Source of the DNA: an uncultured cyanobacterium
Lineage (GTDB): Bacteria > Cyanobacteriota > Cyanobacteriia > Pseudanabaenales > Pseudanabaenaceae
Direction: 5' to 3'
Assembly (NCBI GenBank): GCA_963703315.1
Contig: OY969811.1
Span: forward strand, 64,001-128,000
DNA: 64,000 bases
The position numbers were made by a program, and so were the translations under genes. How positions within the stretch are numbered: position 1 is the stretch's first letter; every line of letters starts with the position of its first letter. The notes beneath the pieces were generated by a model that was not told the DNA's origin, made no database searches, and was given only the letters and a program-made list of their open reading frames with translations. Positions 9,178 through 19,461 of this stretch are shown here, one piece after another.

Positions 9178-10311
9178 ATGGCAATCAAACGGCGACAGTT
9201 ATTGATATTAGGTGGGTTGGCAATAGGTGGCGGGCTTGGTGGAGCGGCAGTCTCAGGTATCTTGAGCCGTAAACCTGAAGCGATCGCCCCTGTAGATTCT
9301 AAGGCAACTACAGCCAATAACCCTAAACCTGTCAAAACAACTACAGTCAAGCGATCGCCAAATCCTGCCCCCAAAGGTTTATATGCACCTGCAAGGGGTG
9401 ATGTGCGAATTGTGGTGATTAGTGATCTTAATAGTGCCTATGGTTCCACAGATTATATTGATCAAGTCAAACAGGCGATCGCCTTTCTGCCAGCTTGGGA
9501 ACCAGACTTAGTGCTGTGTGGCGGGGACATGGTAGCTGGACAAGACAATAGTCTCACGCCTTCGGAAATAGAAGCAATGTGGCAAGGATTTGATAAACAT
9601 ATTGCTGCACCAATTCGCAAAGCCAAACTTCCCTTTGGATTTACGATTGGGAATCATGATGCATCAGGCTCATCCTTTGGTGGCAAATCTACCTTTGAAA
9701 ATGATCGCAATGCCGTCATCAAATATTGGAGCAATCCCAAACATGATCCCAATTTAAACTTTGTCGATCGCACAGGTTTCCCTTTTTACTACACATTTGA
9801 GCAAAATGATATTTTCTTTTTAACTTGGGATGCCTCAACAGCAGAGATTCCTTCAGCACAATTAAAATGGGCAGAAAAGAGTCTGACAAGTGAATCGGCT
9901 CAAAAAGCGAAGTTACGGATTGCGATCGGGCATTTGCCTCTGTATGCGGTTGCTAAGGGGCGGGAGACTGCTGGAAATTATTTAGATGATGCCGATCGCT
10001 TGAGAGCTTTGTTCGAGAAATACAATGTTCATACCTACATTAGCGGACATGATCATGCCTACTATCCTGCCCATAAAGGCAAGTTAGAACTGCTAAATGC
10101 GGGTGTTTTAGGCGATGGACCGCGCCGCTTACTGAGTGGCGATATTGCGCCAAATCGCACCGTGAGCGTAATCGATATTAAGCTGGAAACTGCGGAAACG
10201 ATTTATACGACCTACGATATGGATACACTGAAGGTTGTCGATCAAAATACTTTGCCCCGCTATATTGACGCACCTAATGGTCGGATTACGCGCCGTGATA
10301 TCAAGATATAA
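9178..10311 (+). CDS. Calcineurin-like metallophosphoesterase with Tat-like signal
   Basis: KRRQLL signal; ISD, GGD, GNHD, GHDH motifs. Confidence 0.88.
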   Translation: MAIKRRQLLILGGLAIGGGLGGAAVSGILSRKPEAIAPVDSKATTANNPKPVKTTTVKRSPNPAPKGLYAPARGDVRIVVISDLNSAYGSTDYIDQVKQAIAFLPAWEPDLVLCGGDMVAGQDNSLTPSEIEAMWQGFDKHIAAPIRKAKLPFGFTIGNHDASGSSFGGKSTFENDRNAVIKYWSNPKHDPNLNFVDRTGFPFYYTFEQNDIFFLTWDASTAEIPSAQLKWAEKSLTSESAQKAKLRIAIGHLPLYAVAKGRETAGNYLDDADRLRALFEKYNVHTYISGHDHAYYPAHKGKLELLNAGVLGDGPRRLLSGDIAPNRTVSVIDIKLETAETIYTTYDMDTLKVVDQNTLPRYIDAPNGRITRRDIKI

Positions 10312-10349
10312 AAGATGGCACGAAGTGCCATCTTTTATATCTTGATATC
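10297..10349. terminator. Perfect palindrome, 25-bp arms, GAA loop; likely terminator, overlaps the CDS end
   Basis: gatatcaagatataaaagatggcac-gaa-gtgccatcttttatatcttgatatc. Confidence 0.75.
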
Positions 10350-10461
10350 GCTAAAACGGGAACATGATTTAGTTTCGTTTCCGAATGTGTAACCAAACTA
10401 CTTTCTATTGAGGAGGGTGATATCTTAAGAATAAGAGAAATATAACTAAGGATTTAATAAT

Positions 10462-11196
10462 ATGCGTCATCTCACTACATTTGTTCTCAGTCTTGCCTTT
10501 TGCGTTCCCGCGATCGCCGCGATCGCCCCTTCCGCAAAAGCTCAAGAAAGCTCAACCAGTATTCAATCAGTAAAAAATGAGCGTGTTCTCACAGTAACAG
10601 GACGGGGAGAACGGTCAGTAAAAACTACCAAAGCCAGAATCCAACTAGGTGTGACGGCTGAGGGTAAAACCGCGATCGCTGTTCAAGAAGAAGTTGCGCG
10701 TCAGGCTAATAGTATTGTTTCGCGCTTGCAGCAACTAGGTGTAGAGAAATTACAAACCACTAGTATTCAGCTTAATCCTAAATATGTTTACGAAAATAAT
10801 CGTCAACGCCAAGATGGATTTACTGGACAAACTAGTGTCAGTTTTGTCGTAGCGATCGCTCAAGCAGGCTCCACCCTTGATGCGGCTGTAAACTCTGGTG
10901 CAAACCAAATCGAGCAGATTAGTTTCATTGCCACTGATGTTGAGTTAAATGCCGCTAAGCAAGTCGCGCTTCAAGATGCGATCAAAGATGCTCAAACTCA
11001 ATCGAATACTGTGTTGAGTGCTTTAGGTTTCACGCCCAAAACGATCAAGACGATTAATATTAGTGATTCGGCGATCGCCTATCCAGTTCCTCAACCACGC
11101 ATGACAACCTTTGCTAAAGATGCGGCTAACTCCGTGCCGATTTTAGGTGGTGAGCAGAAAGTCGAAGCTTCAGTCACTTTGCAAATCACTTATTAA
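10462..11196 (+). CDS. SIMPL/DUF541 family periplasmic protein
   Basis: Signal peptide; LTVTGRGE, LDAAVNSGANQI, GGEQKVEASVTL. Confidence 0.88.
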   Translation: MRHLTTFVLSLAFCVPAIAAIAPSAKAQESSTSIQSVKNERVLTVTGRGERSVKTTKARIQLGVTAEGKTAIAVQEEVARQANSIVSRLQQLGVEKLQTTSIQLNPKYVYENNRQRQDGFTGQTSVSFVVAIAQAGSTLDAAVNSGANQIEQISFIATDVELNAAKQVALQDAIKDAQTQSNTVLSALGFTPKTIKTINISDSAIAYPVPQPRMTTFAKDAANSVPILGGEQKVEASVTLQITY

Positions 11197-11267
11197 AATA
11201 ACTGTATAACTGTGGCGCGGCTTAGCCGCGTCACAGTTATTTTAATTGAGGGGCTTTAAGCTTTAGA

Positions 11268-11924
11268 ATGACTGAAGACCCCTTAACCAATTTCATGCTG
11301 GACTATATCCGTGATGGCAACGCCATTTATCAACAATCCTTTGCCACCATCCGCGCCGAAGCCAATTTAGCGATTCTGCCTCAAGACTTAGAAGTAGTGG
11401 CAGTGCGGTTAATCCATGCCTGTGGAATGACGGATATAGTTGAGGATCTTGCCTATTCTGAAGATGTGGTCAAAGTCGGTAGAGAGGCACTAAAAAATGG
11501 GGCAAAGATTTTCTGTGACGCGCAAATGGTTGCTAATGGTGTGACCCGCAAGCGTTTACCTGCTAATAATGAGGTAATTTGCACCTTAAATGAGCCTGAA
11601 GTCCTAGATCTTGCTAAGCAAATCGGCAATACCAGATCCGCCGCCGCTATGGAACTATGGCGATCGCAGATTGAGGGGGCAATTGTAGCGATCGGCAATG
11701 CCCCGACTGCCCTATTTCGACTATTAGAAATGCTCGATCAAGGTTTGCCTAAACCAGCCGTTATACTAGGATTCCCTGTTGGTTTTGTCGGTGCGATCGA
11801 ATCAAAGGCAGCATTGGCAGCAAACAGTCGTGGTGTCGCCTTTTTGACCATTCACGGTCGGCGAGGTGGTAGTGCGATGGCGGCAGCCGCCTTGAATGCC
11901 TTAGCAATGGAGAATGAGCTATAG
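11268..11924 (+). CDS. cobH: Precorrin-8X methylmutase (start may be ATG 11295)
   Basis: RLIHA, TRSAAA, IGNAPTAL, PVGFVGA, GRRGGS. Confidence 0.95.
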   Translation: MTEDPLTNFMLDYIRDGNAIYQQSFATIRAEANLAILPQDLEVVAVRLIHACGMTDIVEDLAYSEDVVKVGREALKNGAKIFCDAQMVANGVTRKRLPANNEVICTLNEPEVLDLAKQIGNTRSAAAMELWRSQIEGAIVAIGNAPTALFRLLEMLDQGLPKPAVILGFPVGFVGAIESKAALAANSRGVAFLTIHGRRGGSAMAAAALNALAMENEL

Positions 11925-11931
11925 CAGTTCG

Positions 11932-11985
11932 ACTAAAACATTCATTAGAGGCAATTCATAAATTGCCTCTAATGAATGTTTTAGT
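11932..11985. repeat. Palindrome with 25-bp arms around a GGCAATTCAT(G/A)AATTGCC REP-type core
   Basis: actaaaacattcattagaggcaatt-cata-aattgcctctaatgaatgttttagt. Confidence 0.8.
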
Positions 11986-12030
11986 TTCGCAAGGAAAAAA
12001 TTTCTCTAACCCATGATTTAGGATTGTTAT

Positions 12031-12756
12031 ATGAAGCCAATTGCAGAAGTAATTACCAAAAAAGGAAGTCTCTATGGTTTAGGAATTGGACCTGGTGATC
12101 CAGAGTTGTTAACCATCAAAGCCCATCGCATTTTGACTTCAGTGCCTGTCATTGCCTATCCCACAATGGAAAGTGGTAAGGTCTTCGCAAGGGCGATCGT
12201 TGCTGATTATATTCGTCCTGAACAGATTGAAGTTCCAATGCCACTTCCCTTTAGTGTGGAACGTTCTTCCCAACCCTATTACGATATTGGTGCGGAAAAA
12301 ATTGCAGAACATCTAGAAGCAGGACGTGATGTAGCTGTCCTTTGTGAAGGCGATCCGATGCTTTACGGTTCGTTTATGTATATTTTTAATCGCCTTGCGG
12401 ATAGGTTTCATACAGAAGTCATTCCAGGAATATCTTCCACTTTTGCTAGTGCGGCGATGCTCGGCGCTCCGCTTACCTATCGCAATGATGTATTAAGCAT
12501 TATGCCAGCTACTTTAGAAGCCGATATTTTGCGCGATCGCCTAGCCGTTGCCGATGCCGCAGTAATTATCAAACTTGGTAGACATTTCGCCAAGATTAAA
12601 TCAATTTTGCAAGAATTAAATCTCTTTGAACGTGCCTTATATATAGAGCGAGCAACCTTGCCCAATCAAGTGATTAAGCCGATCGCCTCAGTTGTTGCCG
12701 AGGAAGTTCCCTATTGGGCGATCGTGATGATTCCGAGTCAAACTAATCCGCAGTAG
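12031..12756 (+). CDS. cobI: Precorrin-2 C20-methyltransferase
   Basis: GIGPGDPELLT, LCEGDPMLYGSF, VIPGISS; cob gene context. Confidence 0.93.
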   Translation: MKPIAEVITKKGSLYGLGIGPGDPELLTIKAHRILTSVPVIAYPTMESGKVFARAIVADYIRPEQIEVPMPLPFSVERSSQPYYDIGAEKIAEHLEAGRDVAVLCEGDPMLYGSFMYIFNRLADRFHTEVIPGISSTFASAAMLGAPLTYRNDVLSIMPATLEADILRDRLAVADAAVIIKLGRHFAKIKSILQELNLFERALYIERATLPNQVIKPIASVVAEEVPYWAIVMIPSQTNPQ

Positions 12757-13495
12757 TGATTAAATTATTTTTAGGATCTGTGTCAATGTTATCAATTTCA
12801 TTTAACAACTTGTTGAGAAACAGATTTTTTTGTAAATCTTCATCTAGCTGAGCCTTATTCTTTTCAATGTGTTTGGTAATTACATCCCTCAAAGAATTAC
12901 TTTTATTAGTAGTTATCGAAGATGATGCTACATCTAAACTGGTTTTGCGTAAAAATAAACGTTTTTTAGTTGATGATAGTTTTTGATATCGCCAACTTAT
13001 CTCATCGACAATTTGATTATTGAGATTTTGAATCGGATTGATTTTATCTTGATTAAAGTAAAACAATACCCCAACAATACAAATAATAAAGGTAAATATA
13101 TTTATAAAATGATTGATTCTATAGGATTGTTTATACTCTTCAATTTGCCTTTCATAGATTTGGCGAGGTTTTTCTTTCCAGAAAAATTCGACAAACTTCT
13201 TTCGCAAACGAATACCAACTAATAATTTATTTAGACTACTTGAATCTTTTTTGAGAGCCTGAATTCTTACTGTATGTAACTTTGGTGCTTCACAATCTCT
13301 TGCACCAGCAATCCTTTTATTCAGGTCAGGTTCATCAGCAAAACAGAGAATATTTTCTGTTTTAGTTGCTAGGTTTTTAGCATCAATGTATGGATTTTCT
13401 TTGCCAATTCGCCATTTACCACCGATTCTCACTAGATAATATGCCTTGCCAATCTCAAAGCCAGTAACGTTCTTTATTTCTTCGATTGTTGGCAA
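12743..13495 (-). CDS. AT-rich hypothetical protein with one predicted TM helix; possibly a 5'-disrupted pseudogene
   Basis: 250-aa ORF from TTG, no HIP1; an in-frame ATG at 13594 is followed by TAA at 13570-13568. Confidence 0.5.
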   Translation of the reverse strand: MPTIEEIKNVTGFEIGKAYYLVRIGGKWRIGKENPYIDAKNLATKTENILCFADEPDLNKRIAGARDCEAPKLHTVRIQALKKDSSSLNKLLVGIRLRKKFVEFFWKEKPRQIYERQIEEYKQSYRINHFINIFTFIICIVGVLFYFNQDKINPIQNLNNQIVDEISWRYQKLSSTKKRLFLRKTSLDVASSSITTNKSNSLRDVITKHIEKNKAQLDEDLQKNLFLNKLLNEIDNIDTDPKNNLITTAD

Positions 13496-13777
13496 TTCAT
13501 CTAGCCACTGTTCAAGTTCTGTTAAGGTCGGATTAGGACTTTTTACTGAATTTTTGATGTAAAGTGATTATAGAAAAGTTTTAGAGACAATCATTGAATC
13601 TAAAATATAGCTAAATTTCAAATTCAAGTCAATAATTTATAGATCAAACAACAGTAAAATAAGCCAAAATACTTACTCTGGGATTTGTCCCAAATATTAC
13701 TAATGGCAATATTTAAAGTTGAATCAAAAGTATTCGATAAAGCATAGTAGTTAAATATTAATAAATAGCAAAAGTAA

Positions 13778-15190
13778 ATGAAGTCGCCTGTAATTATTGT
13801 CTTAGGGGAAAAAAGTATTGCGATCGCTCGCAAAGTTCAAACAGCCATTGCTAATGCCACAATTTATGGACTCGCAACACGCACCCGAAATGCCGATCTC
13901 CATTACGATAAATTTAGCGAAACCATTAACGAATTATTTAGTCAAGGACATTCGATAATTGGCATTTGTTCCGCAGGAATTTTAATTCGATCTTTAGCAC
14001 CTTTACTCTCCGATAAACGTGCTGAACCACCTGTAATTGCGATCGCGGAAGATGGCAGTGCGGTAGTTCCCCTGTTAGGTGGACTCAATGGAGCTAATGA
14101 TCTAGCAAGAGCGATCGCTGATGTTCTCCAAATTCAACCTGCTATTACTACTACAGGCGAATTAAGATTTCGGGCTTCTTTATTAGCTCCTCCTGCTAAT
14201 TATCGGTTACTTAATTATGATGAACAGGCAAAGACATTTTTAGCAGATTTATTAGCAGGAGCAACTGTTAAACTGATTGGTGATGCTCCTTGGCTCAGTG
14301 ATAGCCAGCTTCCTTTTGCAGGTGATGCTAGCCATCAAATAGAAATTATTGCTGGTGAAGTAGAGTTAAAGGCGATCGCCGCCAAGCTAAGCTCAAATTA
14401 TTTAATCTACCAAGCGATCAATATCCCCAATCCAATTATTAAAGGCAAAGTCTCGATCATTGGTACAGGACCTGGTGCAGCGAAATGGATGTCGCCCGAA
14501 GTTAAAGCGATTCTCGAATCAGCAACGGATTTTGTCGGTTATAAAACCTACGTCAATCTAGTCAAGGAATTCACCAAAGGAAAAATTATCCATGCTTCTG
14601 ACAATCGAGTGGAACTAGACCGCGCCCGTCATGCCCTCGAATTAGCCACTGAAGGCAAATCTGTAGTAATTGTCTCATCTGGTGATGCAGGTATTTATGG
14701 TATGGCTTCGGCAGTTTTTGAAGTTGTAGATCAAGATAGCCCCAAATGGAACCATGTCGATATCCATGTTGCTCCTGGGATTTCTGCTGTCCAAGCGGCG
14801 GCGGCGGCGATCGGCGCACCAATTGGACATGATTTCTGCACGATTTCTCTTTCAGATATTCTCAAACCTTGGGAAATCATCGAACAGAGATTAGCCGCCG
14901 CCGCTCAAGCCGATTTTGTGATTGCAATTTATAATCCCATTTCCACACAGCGTAAATGGCAACTTTCATCTGCTAAAGAGACTTTACTAAAATGGCGATC
15001 GCCTAATACACCTGTAGTTTTAGGTCATAGGATGGGGCGCAAAGGTGAAAATGTGAAGGTGATTACGTTGGCAGAATTAGCACCTGAATTGGCAGATATG
15101 CAAACAGTGATTATTGTTGGGTCTAGTAAAACTAAGGTGTTAGAAATAGGCGATCGCTTACGAGTGTATACACCCCGCAAATACGATTAA
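13778..15190 (+). CDS. cobJ: CbiG N-terminal domain fused to precorrin-3B C17-methyltransferase
   Basis: GILIRSLAPLL.DK..EPPV, GTGPG, SSGDAGIYGMA, APIGHDF, LSD.LKPW, TPRKY. Confidence 0.92.
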   Translation: MKSPVIIVLGEKSIAIARKVQTAIANATIYGLATRTRNADLHYDKFSETINELFSQGHSIIGICSAGILIRSLAPLLSDKRAEPPVIAIAEDGSAVVPLLGGLNGANDLARAIADVLQIQPAITTTGELRFRASLLAPPANYRLLNYDEQAKTFLADLLAGATVKLIGDAPWLSDSQLPFAGDASHQIEIIAGEVELKAIAAKLSSNYLIYQAINIPNPIIKGKVSIIGTGPGAAKWMSPEVKAILESATDFVGYKTYVNLVKEFTKGKIIHASDNRVELDRARHALELATEGKSVVIVSSGDAGIYGMASAVFEVVDQDSPKWNHVDIHVAPGISAVQAAAAAIGAPIGHDFCTISLSDILKPWEIIEQRLAAAAQADFVIAIYNPISTQRKWQLSSAKETLLKWRSPNTPVVLGHRMGRKGENVKVITLAELAPELADMQTVIIVGSSKTKVLEIGDRLRVYTPRKYD

Positions 15191-15195
15191 GGTTC

Positions 15196-15280
15196 TAAGT
15201 AGCTGAGCGCAATTAAAAACCAAAGCCAAAAAACTGTGGCGCACGCGCAGCGTGCGCCACAGTTTTATATTATGCTCAGC
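15196..15280. mobile_element. MITE-like element (TAAGTAGCT family), right end decayed
   Basis: taagtagctgagc...central ggcgcacgc-gca-gcgtgcgcc...gctcagc. Confidence 0.6.
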
Positions 15281-15322
15281 GTACGATGTTGCACATATTC
15301 AGAATATTCAAACTTCAACAAC

Positions 15323-15366
15323 AACAACAGAAAAGCCTCTCCTTTTGGAGAGGCTTTTCTGTTGTT
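15323..15366 (-). terminator. Intrinsic terminator of psbA copy 1
   Basis: aacagaaaagcctctcc-tttt-ggagaggcttttctgtt just past the psbA stop. Confidence 0.85.
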
Positions 15367-15390
15367 TCGATTAGGAATTAGGTTAGAAGA

Positions 15391-16473
15391 TTAACCATTG
15401 ATAGCAGGAGCAGCCATAGCTACAGGAGCAACATCAACAGCAGCCAAATCGAGAGGGAAGTTGTGAGCATTGCGCTCGTGCATTACTTCCATACCCAAGT
15501 TAGCGCGGTTGATTACGTCTGCCCAAGAAGGAACAACGCGACCTTGGCTATCAGAGATTGATTGGTTGAAGTTGAAACCGTTCAAGTTGAATGCCATGGT
15601 GCTTACACCCAATGCAGTAAACCAAATGCCGACTACTGGCCATAGAGCCAAGAAGAAGTGCAATTGACGGCTGTTGTTGAAAGAAGCGTATTGGAAAATC
15701 AAACGACCGAAGTAACCGTGAGCTGCAACGATGTTGTAGGTTTCTTCTTCTTGCCCGAACTTGTAACCAGCGTTTTGGCTTTCGTTTTCAGTTGTTTCAC
15801 GAATCAAGCTGGAGGTTACGAGTGAACCGTGCATCGCACTGAACAATGAACCGCCGAATACACCTGCTACTCCCAACATGTGGAAAGGATGCATCAAGAT
15901 GTTGTGTTCTGCTTGGAATACGATCATGAAGTTGAAAGTACCAGAGATACCCAAAGGCATACCGTCAGAGAAAGAGCCTTGTCCGATTGGGTAGATCAAG
16001 AATACTGCGGTTGCTGCTGCTACTGGTGCAGAGTATGCTACGGCGATCCAAGGACGCATACCGAGGCGGTAAGACAATTCCCATTCACGTCCCATGTAGC
16101 AGAAAATGCCGAGTAGGAAGTGGAATACTACCAATTGGTAAGGACCACCGTTGTATAGCCATTCGTCGAGGCTATCTGCTTCCCAAATGGGGTAAAAGTG
16201 CAGGCCAATCGCGTTAGAGGAAGGTACGACTGCGCCAGAAATCATGTTGTTACCAAATAGCAAGGAACCTGCTACTGGTTCGCGGATACCGTCGATATCG
16301 ACAGGAGGTGCGGCGATGAAGGCGATTACGAAGCAAATGGTTGCTGCGAGTAGGCAGGGGATCATGATTACGCCGAACCAACCTACATAGAGGCGGTTGT
16401 CGGTGCTGGTGATCCAACTGCAAAACTGATCCCAGATCGAAGCGCTTTCGCGTCTTTGTACTGCTGTTGTCAT
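15391..16473 (-). CDS. psbA: Photosystem II D1 protein, copy 1 (Glu130, D1:2-type)
   Basis: 360 aa, [10 protein letters not shown]...MGREWELS...HNFPLDLA; start at ATG 16473. Confidence 0.99.
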   Translation of the reverse strand: MTTAVQRRESASIWDQFCSWITSTDNRLYVGWFGVIMIPCLLAATICFVIAFIAAPPVDIDGIREPVAGSLLFGNNMISGAVVPSSNAIGLHFYPIWEADSLDEWLYNGGPYQLVVFHFLLGIFCYMGREWELSYRLGMRPWIAVAYSAPVAAATAVFLIYPIGQGSFSDGMPLGISGTFNFMIVFQAEHNILMHPFHMLGVAGVFGGSLFSAMHGSLVTSSLIRETTENESQNAGYKFGQEEETYNIVAAHGYFGRLIFQYASFNNSRQLHFFLALWPVVGIWFTALGVSTMAFNLNGFNFNQSISDSQGRVVPSWADVINRANLGMEVMHERNAHNFPLDLAAVDVAPVAMAAPAING

Positions 16474-16528
16474 TTTTGTGTTTTGGATTAAAACTTGTTT
16501 TTTGTATAAGCTTTCGCTCACATTTACA

Positions 16529-16556
16529 AATATATCAAATTGTAAAGATTTGTCAA
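16529..16556 (-). promoter_or_regulatory. Putative sigma70 promoter of psbA copy 1, overlapping an HLR1-like direct repeat
   Basis: Minus strand TTGACA-16-TATATT (preceded by TG); TTGACAAA-TC-TTTACAAT resembles the RpaB HLR1 site. Confidence 0.55.
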
Positions 16557-16625
16557 CATTACTTTAGATAAAGGTCGAGATTACCGATCCAATAAAAAAG
16601 GAGGCGCTTCGCACCTCCTTTTTTA

Positions 16626-17075
16626 TTATTCGTAAACCCAAGCAGTTAAGTTTGGTTGCCACTCGACTAGTTCTTCAGGTTTAAACCAAAGTGCAATCTC
16701 GGTTTGAGCAGTTTCGATCGCATCAGAACCATGAATAATATTGCGTCCAATGTTTACGCCGAAGTCACCACGGATTGTCCCTGGTTCCGCAGTAAGGGGA
16801 TTGGTTGCACCGATAATCTTACGGGCTGAAGCAACTGCACCATCGCCTTCCCATACCATTGCGACGACGGGACCTGAGGTAATAAAGTCAACTAGACCTG
16901 CAAAAAAAGGTCTTTCTTTGTGAACTGCATAGTGACTTTCAGCGAGTTCGCGACTTGGCTGTACCAATTTCAATCCGACAAGCTTAAAACCTTTTGCTTC
17001 ATAACGACGAATAATTTCTCCGACTAGGTGACGTTGCACGCCATCGGGCTTAACTGCCAAAAAAGTACGTTCCAT
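16626..17075 (-). CDS. ndk: Nucleoside diphosphate kinase
   Basis: [28 protein letters not shown]. Confidence 0.97.
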   Translation of the reverse strand: MERTFLAVKPDGVQRHLVGEIIRRYEAKGFKLVGLKLVQPSRELAESHYAVHKERPFFAGLVDFITSGPVVAMVWEGDGAVASARKIIGATNPLTAEPGTIRGDFGVNIGRNIIHGSDAIETAQTEIALWFKPEELVEWQPNLTAWVYE

Positions 17076-17196
17076 GATCTCTGTAAAAGTATTAAGCAAA
17101 TGTAAAGAAGTTTACAGAAAGCATTATTTCATTTTGTGGCATCAAATTAAAAAACAAAAGAGAGTGGCGGCGCATCGCGCCGTTACTCTCTTTTGT

Positions 17197-17844
17197 TTAC
17201 CAGCCATGCTCAGCGAGAAATGCTGGTGTAACTTCAGGATACGAGAGATTACTGTGGGCGATATTGCCTGATCTGAGAAATTTCTCGACATACTTACCCA
17301 GTAAATCGCCTTCTAAATGCACGGAACTACCAAGATCAAGATTTTTCAAAGTGGTGTTGTCGTAAGTATGCGGAATTACGGCAACCCGAAAATTTGTACC
17401 TGAGTCATTGCAATGGGAAATGGTAAGACTGATCCCATTAATCGTAATACTGCCTTTAAAAACTATATAACGAGCTACATCAGCGCTAGCTTCAAAACTT
17501 AATTCCCATGAATTGCCAACGAGGGCGCGATCGCTTAATTTGCCCATGCCATCAATATGACCTGAGACAAAATGTCCACCGATGCGATCGCCTACAGCTA
17601 GAGCTAATTCGAGGTTAACGTATTTTAATTTGCGATCGCCAAAATTTGTGCGTCCCAAAGTTTCGGGTGAAACATCGGCAGTAAAATTGGTTGATGAAAT
17701 TTGGGTGGCAGTGAGACAGACCCCATTGACGGCAATGCTATCACCGATCGCAATTTTGGCAATAAGATCAGGACAATGGATTACAAGGCGATCATGATCG
17801 CGCTGTTCAATTATGCCAATGGTTTGCACAAGTCCTGTGAACAT
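17197..17844 (-). CDS. ribE: Riboflavin synthase (alpha chain)
   Basis: MFTGLV N-terminus, GDSIAVNGVCLT, GGHFVSGHIDG. Confidence 0.95.
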   Translation of the reverse strand: MFTGLVQTIGIIEQRDHDRLVIHCPDLIAKIAIGDSIAVNGVCLTATQISSTNFTADVSPETLGRTNFGDRKLKYVNLELALAVGDRIGGHFVSGHIDGMGKLSDRALVGNSWELSFEASADVARYIVFKGSITINGISLTISHCNDSGTNFRVAVIPHTYDNTTLKNLDLGSSVHLEGDLLGKYVEKFLRSGNIAHSNLSYPEVTPAFLAEHGW

Positions 17845-17899
17845 TTTGAATAATTGGGTTTGGTAATTGGGGTTAATTGCAATTTTATTATTAAAATAT

Positions 17900-17918
17900 C
17901 GCTAGCATTATGCTAGCA
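17900..17918. promoter_or_regulatory. Putative antitoxin operator (two GCTAGC palindromes)
   Basis: cGCTAGCA-tta-TGCTAGCA about 35 bp upstream of the FitA-like gene. Confidence 0.5.
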
Positions 17919-17953
17919 TTAGATCGCAATCAAATTTTAGTATTCTCAAGATT

Positions 17954-18184
17954 ATGGCTGCTATCACGATTCGCAATATTTCCGATGAATTGGTTGATCG
18001 CATTAAATTTTTAGCCGAACAAAAAGGTGTTTCGATGGAGCAGGAAGTCCGAGATCTGCTACAGACACGTTATGGTAATCGCTTAGAAGTGATTGCTCGA
18101 ATTCGCCTCAGAAACGAGACTCTACCACTTGAGCAAGAGAGTCATGTCCAAGCATGGCAAGATACAGGACGGATCACCATATAA
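17954..18184 (+). CDS. FitA-like ribbon-helix-helix antitoxin
   Basis: MAAITIRNISDEL...A...GVSMEQEVRDLL. Confidence 0.85.
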   Translation: MAAITIRNISDELVDRIKFLAEQKGVSMEQEVRDLLQTRYGNRLEVIARIRLRNETLPLEQESHVQAWQDTGRITI

Positions 18185-18202
18185 ATTATCAAGATAAATT
18201 AA

Positions 18203-18595
18203 ATGATTATCGATACTATGGTGTTTGCTTATGCATTACTTCATGTGGAAGGAAAGTCCGAGCAAGCGCTGAGCGCTTTAAGCTCTGCACCGCAGATCGT
18301 CGTTCCTGATTCGCTGTTTGTTGAATTAGGCAATGTGATTTGGCAATGGATTAAATTTCAAAACCTACCTTTACGGACTGGACTTGATGCATTGCAGGAT
18401 GCGGAAGCATTAGTTGATATAACAATTAAGAGTTCTCAGCTTCGTGATCTCGCCTTAGAGTTAGCCGTCAGTAATGATCATCCTTTTTACGACACCTTGT
18501 TTGTGGCTGCGGCAATGCAAATCAATACAGAGGTTGTCACCTTTGATCGGAAGTTAGCTAATAAATTTTCCAACCATGTCATATTAATTACATAA
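18203..18595 (+). CDS. vapC: VapC/FitB PIN-domain toxin
   Basis: IIDT, VELGN, FYDTLFVA, VVTFDRKL acidic PIN residues; follows an RHH gene. Confidence 0.85.
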   Translation: MIIDTMVFAYALLHVEGKSEQALSALSSAPQIVVPDSLFVELGNVIWQWIKFQNLPLRTGLDALQDAEALVDITIKSSQLRDLALELAVSNDHPFYDTLFVAAAMQINTEVVTFDRKLANKFSNHVILIT

Positions 18596-19303
18596 CTCAG
18601 TTAGATGACGAATGCTTCGGGCTGCTAGTTTAGCTGGATCATTTGTGGATTGGCGATCGCGATTTAGCCAAAATGCATGAATCCCTAATGCTGATGCCCC
18701 TTGATAGTCTTCGCGAAAGCTATCGCCAATATGCCACGCTAAATCGGGAGATTGAGCAATTTGATGTTTGGCTAAGGCAGAGGCAAAAATTAAGCGATCA
18801 GGCTTGGCTGCACCGATTTCCGTAGATATGGTGATCGAACTAAAGTAATGAGTTAGTCCCAAAGCATCAATTACTTTATAGATGCGACTATCAAAATTGG
18901 ATAGGAGGGCGAGCGTAATACCTTGCTGTTGCCATGTATCTAAAGCGAGGTGAGCATCGTCATAGATACACCAAGGTGCAGCAGTCGCAAAGTATGAGTA
19001 TAGACATTTAAAAAAATTGTCAAAGTTGGAAAACTTAGCAAAATCACCTGTTAAGCTAAAAGTCTGTTCAGCTAGCGATCGCCACCATTCATATTCTGCG
19101 ATCGGGATGTCTGATGGTGACATATCTGCAAATGCCATTGGTGGTGCAGACTTGAAACTTTGATAAAAAGCTCGATTGATTAATTCCGCATCAAGTCTAA
19201 CGTCAAAATCAGCAGCCACTTTGGCATATTGCTCACCAACACTACCCTTGACCCCAAACAGAGTGCCAACTGCGTCTAAATAAATAACTTGAGGCGATCG
19301 CAT
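18584..19303 (-). CDS. HAD-superfamily hydrolase (REG-2-like)
   Basis: LDAVGTL, LSNFD, KPD, HIGDS..ED. Confidence 0.9.
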   Translation of the reverse strand: MRSPQVIYLDAVGTLFGVKGSVGEQYAKVAADFDVRLDAELINRAFYQSFKSAPPMAFADMSPSDIPIAEYEWWRSLAEQTFSLTGDFAKFSNFDNFFKCLYSYFATAAPWCIYDDAHLALDTWQQQGITLALLSNFDSRIYKVIDALGLTHYFSSITISTEIGAAKPDRLIFASALAKHQIAQSPDLAWHIGDSFREDYQGASALGIHAFWLNRDRQSTNDPAKLAARSIRHLTELCN

Positions 19304-19461
19304 TAGATTTTTCAGAGAGATTACCGATATAAACTTGAAGGTACTGCTACAATTACTGCCAAAGCTTGTAAAAAATCAGTGCAGATAGTCTAACTCTATT
19401 ATCATGTACAACAGGTACTAATTTTCTAATGATGAGATGGTTGGATTAAGGAATACTTTAT

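Noticed and set aside
16474..16521. 16-aa N-terminal extension of D1 copy 1
   Set aside because: Copy 2 and known D1 proteins start at MTT; the extension is 5' UTR
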